In this document: one piece after another, positions 1-5,015 of the stretch
Position numbering within the stretch: the first letter of the stretch is position 1
Layout of the letters: each line of letters starts with the position of its first letter
Assembly (NCBI RefSeq): GCF_006345805.1
Contig: NW_021830282.1
Coordinates: 1 to 5,015, forward strand
Length of the DNA: 5,015 nt
Direction of reading: 5' to 3'
From: Octopus sinensis
Taxonomy: Eukaryota
The notes under the pieces: generated by a model
The model's input: only the letters and a program-made list of their open reading frames with translations
Database searches by the model: none
What the model was told of the DNA's origin: nothing
Translations under genes and position numbers: made by a program

Positions 1-245
1 TGGATGAATTTTACAAATTGAATAACAATAGGAAATTTTGATGGATTCAAAATCTTAAAATAGAGTACAGCCATTCTTAACTATTCATATCAGAGTACTT
101 AAACCAATATTAACTAAATAAAAAAAATCCAATAGAATGACACTTTATTCTAATGAGAAACCTGACATTGTTTTTCCTTCACCAATTCTGAAATACTCGG
201 TGGAGTGTTTGAAAGGGCTCAACGCAAGTCATTTTCAACCTCTAA

Positions 246-851
246 TCTACTTCGCTGCTTTGTTTTCATTTAAAAAAATTGCGTATTCTAATTCGGAAAG
301 ATAGTTCGGTGTGGAAGAAGGTGGTGGCAATGGTGGTAATGGTGATCGGAGAGCTGGCCAATTGGTGACAGTACAGAGGCTATAAACTAAATCGAAATAC
401 GTTCTGTCCATAGGTGCTTATAGATGTGAATGCTCATTCACAACTGTCCGCATCCATTTGGTCCAATTTGGTGCTTACAATAGCATTGCAAATAATTGTG
501 CGCTTTAGCGATGTGGGAATTTTCTGTGTTGAAATATCATATTTAGTGTTTGCAAACAGCAACGAGGTGAATTTAATTGATTTTTAAAAAGATTCATTCA
601 TTTACAGATTTTCGATAGGATTCCTCGAAAAAGCAAGAGTTACATTAGCTAAAAATGCTTCTGTTTTGCGTTCCTTGCGTGCAAGCGAGACAGAAGACCA
701 AGGTGTGCTTCGGCGTGCCCGCAATGCTGCTCCTGCTTCGATCGCCAGAGCATCACAGACAGAAAGCATAGACAGAAACAGAATTGCACTATTCTAGACT
801 CCAGTCCTGTCACGAACTTACATCGTCCACTGGACGGAGGCCGTTCGCTGG
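246..851 (+). mobile_element. Probable non-autonomous, internally deleted Helitron remnant (5' boundary uncertain)
   Basis: Contains a decayed reading frame resembling the Arg/Glu/Ala-rich N-terminus of animal Helitron RepHel proteins (620-797). Ends in a GC-rich hairpin (GGACGG-AGG-CCGTTC, 832-846) followed by CTGG|T (848-852), or alternatively CTAA|T (853-857), matching the hairpin + CTRR 3' end and the A/T target. The candidate 5' end A|TCTAC at 245/246 is only a guess. Confidence 0.4.
620..797 (+). pseudogene. Decayed N-terminal fragment of a Helitron RepHel-like protein
   Basis: Manual translation: 620-652 gives IPRKSKSYIS* (ATT where ATG is expected), then a frameshift; 651-797 gives KNASVLRSLRASETEDQGVLRRARNAAPASIARASQTESIDRNRIALF*. 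From memory this resembles the 'MPRKxKSxxxR...LRAxETEEQRxxRxxRNA' start of animal Helitron ORFs. The region is low complexity, so it is not decisive. Confidence 0.5.
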
Positions 852-852
852 T
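832..852 (+). other. Helitron-type 3' terminal hairpin + CTRR
   Basis: 6-bp stem with one G-T pair (832-837 with 841-846) and loop AGG, then CTGG at 848-851 followed by T. GC-rich sequence gives way to AT-rich sequence just after. Confidence 0.4.
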
Positions 853-1100
853 CTAATTATAAATTTGAATTAACTTCTTAGTAACTACTTTACATATCAA
901 ATAATACACTTTTTTCTCTCCTGAGGAGGGTTGACTGCGACTATCCTACCTCAACAGTGATGTATCTTGACATTTTGCATGGTATCATGAGTTATACAAG
1001 TCACAGAAATCATTCTACATCATTATATTTATTAATTTACTTAATTTAAAATGTGCCTAAGATAAATTCATACTCTACTAATATAATTTAACCAAAACAT

Positions 1101-1436
1101 TTAAATGTTCTTCTTGCTAAGTATTTTGGTTGCTTCTATGAATTCAAAGATCTTATTAATGCTTGATATATCTTTGAAAATATATTGTATCTTTAACACT
1201 GGTAATCTTTTGAAAACGGACTTTAATATTTTATCATTGTCAATCAGATAATTTTTATTTTGAAATATATATAATGCCATAAAGTTTCTCAATAGTCTCC
1301 ACAAGGACATAAAGGTGATTCCATATGACCTGTTCGTGATAACATATAATTTAGAGAAATATGAGTCGTATGTTGCCAACAAAATCTTTGTTTATTTGTA
1401 TTGTTCAATAACTGATAAATTTTATAAGATGATAAA
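1101..1436 (-). pseudogene. LINE ORF2 C-terminal domain with Cys/His zinc-knuckle remnant
   Basis: SSYKIYQLLNNTNKQRFCWQHTTHISLNYMLSRTGHMESPLCPCGDY*ETLWHYI, with Cys codons at 1309-1307 and 1303-1301 and His at 1276-1274, matches the QLRTGHIxLNxYLxRIG...SPLCxCG..ETVEHYL pattern. After a frameshift the supplied 1101..1382 frame gives the amphipathic ending ...INKIFEFIEATKIL...*. Confidence 0.75.
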
Positions 1437-1474
1437 TCTGCTTGAGATAATGGTAGATTAAAGTTTGATAGTTT

Positions 1475-1830
1475 ATCTATTAATTATTCTCGATATTTTT
1501 TCATCTATTATTGATTATGCTTTTATTAAGTAATTTTACTCAGCGATAAATTCGGAATGTAATCTGAACTAAACTACAAACGCCACTAGTAAGCGAGGAT
1601 GATTTGTTAGTATGTACTATGCTTTCACTAATTGTTTCGCCTGCCCAATATTGTTGCGAGCAGACAGATACTTTCTCAGACCGCCAAACCTTTGACTTGG
1701 CAGAACATCCTGGATATATCAGCTGAAGAGTAAGTGGATGAGTGAGAGAGACAGAGCGGATGGAGAGAGAGCTCCGTTGAGTTGGCAAAAACTGAAGTTG
1801 CTTGCACTAAGACACAAAAACCCCGAACTC
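1475..1830 (-). pseudogene. Degenerate reverse transcriptase N-terminal motifs of the LINE
   Basis: One frame reads SASNFSFCQLNG...LLFS*YIQDVLPSQRFGGLRK (QRFGGLRK at 1694-1671)...NIGQAKQLVKA*YILTNHPRLLVAFVV*FR (LLVAFVV*FR at 1592-1563)...NYLIKA*SIIDEKISRII. Motif order and spacing fit non-LTR RT, but the catalytic YADD motif is absent. This is not the frame of the supplied 1540..1788 ORF. Confidence 0.6.
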
Positions 1831-2239
1831 ACGACAATATGCTTGTGACTCGAAATTCTAATCCCCAGGCTACGGCCTTCAGGTAATGTAAGCTATATGT
1901 ATCATTTCTTTCAATGCACCGGTTTTTGATAATCCATTTGATTTTCGTTTTTCTGTAGGATCTAGTATATGAATCTTTGTTAATTGTTATTTTCAAATAA
2001 TCATCTAATTTTAAGAGCATCCTTGAATTTAATTCAAAATTTAGTTGTCTTTTTATTTTCTTGATTGAAAAAAAAAAAGACTGAGTGTAGATGAGATCAT
2101 TGATAAATTCATTAGAGAGTTCAATAGAATGTTTCGCGGTATTTCTTGCGATTTTCTGATTTCCCCCGAGCAGTTGAGCCATGTACGCCTGGACAATTGA
2201 ACAAGATTGCCATTATATTGTGCCTTAGCTTTTGATATT

Positions 2240-2262
2240 CGCGCGCGCGCACACACACACAC

Positions 2263-2306
<44 letters not shown>
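2240..2306. repeat. Compound (CG)5-(CA)n microsatellite
   Basis: Read directly. It abuts the 5'-truncated end of the LINE remnant. Confidence 0.97.
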
Positions 2307-2307
<1 letters not shown>

Positions 2308-2438
2308 AAACAAACACTTATAGACGTCACTTGCAAGCAACCGAATATGTATATGCGTGTGTAGGTATGAGTGTTAGGATGTGTGCACGTAAGTATATAT
2401 CTATGGTTAAGAATATCAATGCGCATATGCTTTGTAAA

Positions 2439-2693
<255 letters not shown>

Positions 2694-2900
2694 AATATAC
2701 TCTTTTACTCTTTTACTTCTTTCAGTCATTTGACTGCGGCCATGCTGGATCACCACCTTTTGTCGAGCAAATCGACCCCAGGACTTATTCTTTGTAAGCC
2801 TAGTACTTATTCTATCGGTCTCTTTCGCCGAAACGCTAAGTTACGGGGACACAAACACACCAGCATCGGTTGTCAAGCGATGATGAGGGGACAAACACAG

Positions 2901-2913
2901 ACACACAAACACG

Positions 2914-2970
<57 letters not shown>

Positions 2971-2982
2971 CACATATATATA
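2901..2982. repeat. (CA)n/(TA)n microsatellite internal to SINE copy 1
   Basis: Read directly. Same position within the element as the tract in copy 2. Confidence 0.95.
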
Positions 2983-3078
2983 CGACGGGCTTCAGTTTCT
3001 GTCTACCAAATCCACTCACAAGGGCTTTGTTAGGCCCGAGGCTATAATAGAAGACACGTGCCCAAGGTGCCACGCAGT

Positions 3079-3130
3079 GGACTGAACCTGGAACCATGTG
3101 GTTGGTAAGCAAGCTACTTACCACACAACC

Positions 3131-3131
<1 letters not shown>
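3079..3131 (-). promoter_or_regulatory. Degenerate internal RNA Pol III promoter (A and B boxes) of SINE copy 1
   Basis: A-box-like TGGTTGTGTGG (3131-3121) and B-box-like GGTTCAGTCC (3088-3079), with tRNA-like spacing. Confidence 0.6.
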
Positions 3132-3179
<48 letters not shown>

Positions 3180-3210
3180 ATAATATATATAATATATATA
3201 TATATATTTA
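3131..3210. repeat. Imperfect (TA)n microsatellite
   Basis: Read directly. Confidence 0.95.
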
Positions 3211-3491
3211 TATGCATATATGGGTACAGGATGTCACCAACAGCAAACAACCTGAAATACGAAAACAAATAATGAGAGAAAAAAAGGACACGTAATATGA
3301 AGAATGACCCTTCATCATTTGTCGGCTATCTATCTACTCCCCGGGAAGTAGACAGACAGCCGACAACTGATGAAGGGTCATTCTTTGTATTACTTGTCCT
3401 TTTTTCTCTCGTTATTTACGTATTTAACTCATTTGTTTTCGTATTTCACGTTGTTTGCTGTTGGTGATGTCCTATACCCATATATGCATAT
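3210..3491. mobile_element. Foldback / palindromic element (MITE-like or head-to-head fusion of one repeat)
   Basis: Arm 3210-3338 is the reverse complement of arm 3347-3491. By hand count there are 11 substitutions in 128 aligned nt, one 1-nt indel and a 17-nt block (3418-3434) present only in the right arm. The centre is CCCCGGGA (3339-3346). The inverted repeat is certain; the element class is inferred. Confidence 0.8.
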
Positions 3492-3542
3492 GTATATGAT
3501 TTATATTGTTATTCAATTGAACGCAACGCATCTATTTCCAAG

Positions 3543-3712
3543 TATATATATATATTACACATACGCACACACATATACATATATATATATATACATACAT
3601 ACACACACACACACCACACACATATATATATATATATAATATATATATATATATATGTATGTATGTATATATATATACAATATATATATAATATAATATT
3701 ATACATATATAT
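3543..3712. repeat. Compound imperfect (TA)n/(CA)n microsatellite
   Basis: Read directly. Confidence 0.95.
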
Positions 3713-3715
3713 TGG

Positions 3716-3735
3716 TACTTCCGCAAATTGCAATG

Positions 3736-3807
<72 letters not shown>

Positions 3808-3839
3808 ATATATATATATACTCATACTTCCGCAAATTG
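3716..3839. repeat. 15-bp perfect direct repeat (TACTTCCGCAAATTG) flanking a (TA)n-rich tract
   Basis: Copies at 3716-3730 and 3825-3839 enclose 94 nt: CAATG followed by (TA)n/(CA)n. Confidence 0.9.
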
Positions 3840-3934
3840 TTTCAGGTCACAAGCAGTCATAAACACTCTCATTGACCCGGGGTGATTCGACGATGTGACA
3901 ACTCCAAGGAAGATGGATATACCAGGGCTACGCT

Positions 3935-4056
3935 GGTGCTATTTTCACTTGAGTAGACTTTAACACCGTGAAATGAAGTGTCTTACTCAAGGACACGAAG
4001 CGTTGCCCAGACAAAGAATGAAACACACGATGCAAATTCCCTAATTACGAGGCGTC
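3935..4056 (-). mobile_element. Old, diverged tRNA-type SINE 5' region (second family)
   Basis: The minus strand has GTGTCCTTGAGTAAGACACTTCATTTCAC, with the GTGTC/GACAC hairpin box at 3996-3976. I recall this box following the tRNA head in many aquatic-animal SINEs. It is preceded by a heavily decayed tRNA-like head. Boundaries are approximate. Confidence 0.55.
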
Positions 4057-4099
4057 GTATCTTTACATATGTTAGAATGAATTTTAGTATATATGATCG

Positions 4100-4179
4100 T
4101 GTCTGTCTGTCTATCTATTTAATTATCTGTCTATCTATCTGTGTGTGTATCCTTGAGTGTGTGTGTGTGTGTGTGTGTG

Positions 4180-4232
<53 letters not shown>

Positions 4233-4249
4233 TTTGTGCGTGCGTGTGT
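4100..4249. repeat. Compound (TCTG/TCTA)n then (TG)n microsatellite
   Basis: Read directly. Confidence 0.95.
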
Positions 4250-4251
4250 AA

Positions 4252-4407
4252 CAACATAATTGTAAAGGATGTGCACGAAATAAATGTAAAGAATTCATAA
4301 CAACATGTTTACAACTATTTCATCAACCGATTTTCATATCCAGAGTCAGTTCGATTTCGGAACTTGGAGATAGTTGGTCTCGCTTGTCTGTAAAGCGTCA
4401 AGGTTAA
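4252..4407 (+). mobile_element. Possible piggyBac-like 3' end remnant
   Basis: 4261-4323 translates CKGCARNKCKEFITTCLQLFH (C-x2-C-x4-C-x6-C-x3-F-H), and the segment ends ...TCAAGG|TTAA (TTAA at 4404-4407). Short, and could be chance. Confidence 0.25.
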
Positions 4408-4429
4408 AATAAATAAAAGAAAGTTAAGT

Positions 4430-4434
<5 letters not shown>

Positions 4435-4494
<60 letters not shown>
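4435..4494. repeat. Perfect (GA)30 microsatellite
   Basis: Read directly. Confidence 0.98.
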
Positions 4495-4499
<5 letters not shown>

Positions 4500-4650
4500 C
4501 AGAGGGAGTAGGCTTAAAACTATTACAAAAAGATGAATCAAGATTTATAGAGCATAGGCAAAGAGGGTATCTTTGACATTAGACCAAAACAAACAGGGGA
4601 ATATATGCAGAAAGAGAAATCATAAAATCTGCACTCACAATATTTTTGGA

Positions 4651-4661
4651 ACACACACACA

Positions 4662-4695
<34 letters not shown>

Positions 4696-4736
4696 TATAT
4701 ATATATATATATATATATATACATGTGTATATATAT
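4651..4736. repeat. (AC)n then (TA)n microsatellite
   Basis: Read directly. The main (TA)n run is 4664-4721 with one G interruption. Confidence 0.95.
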
Positions 4737-4867
4737 CTGGGTTTAGTCCATCTGCTCGTCACCTTGCGCAAGTGACTTCTACTATAGCCTCGGGCCAATC
4801 AAGCCTGTGAGTGGATTTGGTAGACGAAAACTGAAAGAAGCCAGTCGTATATCTATATGTGTATATT

Positions 4868-4911
<44 letters not shown>

Positions 4912-5015
4912 GTGTGTGTGTCTGTATTTGTCCCCCTACCATCACTTGACAATCGATGTTGGTGTGTTTACGTACCCGTAACTTAGCCGTTCGGCAAAAG
5001 AGACGATAAAATAAG
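4737..5015 (+). mobile_element. tRNA-derived SINE, copy 2 (same family as 2698-3131; A box missing, continues past window end)
   Basis: Aligns by eye with the reverse complement of copy 1: GGGTTTAGTCC (B-box-like), CTTCTACTATAGCCTCGGGCC, GTGAGTGGATTTGGTAGAC, internal microsatellite, CTTGACAATCGATGTTGGTGTGTTT, CCGTAACTTAGC, ATAAG. Confidence 0.88.
4848..4921. repeat. (TA)n/(TG)n microsatellite internal to SINE copy 2
   Basis: Read directly. Confidence 0.95.

Larger units (their letters stand above)
1101..2241 (-). mobile_element. Decayed, internally deleted non-LTR retrotransposon (LINE) ORF2 remnant, I-group-like
   Basis: Minus-strand translation across frameshifts gives collinear ORF2 landmarks: RISKAKAQY (2241-2215; cf. 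IRKAKxxYW linker), IELSNEFIND (cf. EIANxFNxxF), QDVLPSQRFGGLRKYLSARNNIGQAKQLVKA (cf. QxGFRxxRSxxDNIxxLxQLIEKA), LLVAFVV*FR (cf. LVAFLDFxKAFD), then HISLNYMLSRTGHMESPLCPCGDY*ETLWHYI and KDISSINKIFEFIEATKIL*. Many stops and frameshifts. The 3' UTR may extend to the minus-strand AATAAA at 1033-1028. Confidence 0.75.
2698..3131 (-). mobile_element. tRNA-derived SINE, copy 1 (octopus-type family; nearly full length, extreme 5' end lost)
   Basis: The minus strand starts TGGTTGTGTGGTAAG (A-box-like) ... GGTTCAGTCC (B-box-like), then CCTTGGGCACGTGTCTTC, a body with an internal microsatellite, and a tandem (AGTAAAAG)2AGTA tail. Clearly homologous to the inverted copy at 4737-5015 in this window. Family recognised from memory of Octopus repeats, not from a search. 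Confidence 0.88.

Noticed and set aside
318-345. GGT/AAT-rich stretch read as a Gly- or Pro-rich exon
   Set aside because: It is a short degenerate trinucleotide repeat with nearby stops and no convincing splice context.
1090-1131. Palindrome AACATTTAAATGTT (1096-1109) and AACCAAAA/TTTTGGTT inverted pair at the LINE stop codon
   Set aside because: Short and AT-rich, so plausible by chance. The same applies to ATTTTGA/TCAAAAT at 35-53.
1255-1310. SLWRLLRN...IFQNK read as an L1/Tx1 C-terminal W..RN..IF motif
   Set aside because: The overlapping frame gives a much longer and more specific match (HISLNY...SPLCPCG...HY), so this resemblance is probably coincidental.
1540-1788. 82-aa minus-strand ORF
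   Set aside because: It is an alternative frame over the dead RT. The RT motifs lie in a different, stop-containing frame.
1829-2182. 117-aa ORF read as a MULE transposase C-terminus (AQLLGG...YLKAVA)
   Set aside because: The spacing is about twice that expected, and the ORF sits collinearly between LINE linker and RT motifs, so it is better explained as LINE ORF2 linker.
3060-3131. Functional tRNA gene
   Set aside because: Only A/B-box-like motifs are present, with no complete cloverleaf, and the sequence continues into a SINE body.
3368-3400. CTGATGA followed by a weak stem, suggesting a hammerhead ribozyme as in Penelope-like repeats
   Set aside because: No GAAA follows the putative stem II and I could not build the three-way junction. 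A degenerate or trans-assembled core cannot be excluded without an Infernal search of the family consensus.
3210-3491. Foldback as a sequencing or assembly artefact
   Set aside because: The arms differ by 11 substitutions with a CpG-decay bias plus two indels, which is unlike a chimeric read copy.
4180-4911. Same single-base phase slip (GTGTTGTG) in two separate (TG)n tracts
   Set aside because: Single-base indels in long dinucleotide runs are common slippage or sequencing errors and do not show shared origin.

Overview
Eukaryotic, AT-rich, repeat-saturated non-coding DNA with no intact protein-coding gene that I can support. I recognise the SINE family from memory as an octopus-type repeat, so a cephalopod origin is likely but was not checked against a database. 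From left to right: a probable internally deleted Helitron remnant (~246-851, +); a decayed, internally deleted non-LTR retrotransposon ORF2 (1101-2241, -) with RT motifs and a C-terminal Cys/His knuckle, I-group-like; (GC)n(AC)n and (ATCT)n microsatellites; a tRNA-derived SINE (2698-3131, -); a ~280 bp almost spacer-less foldback element in a (TA)n tract (3210-3491); a 15-bp direct repeat around a (TA)n tract; an older SINE head (~3935-4056, -); a weak piggyBac-like 3' end (4252-4407); (TG)n, (GA)30 and (TA)n tracts; and a second, inverted copy of the SINE running off the window (4737-5015, +). Most supplied ORFs are microsatellite read-through. Parts of three ORFs (1101..1382, 1829..2182 and the 2241-2177 segment of 2053..2340) fall in the dead LINE.
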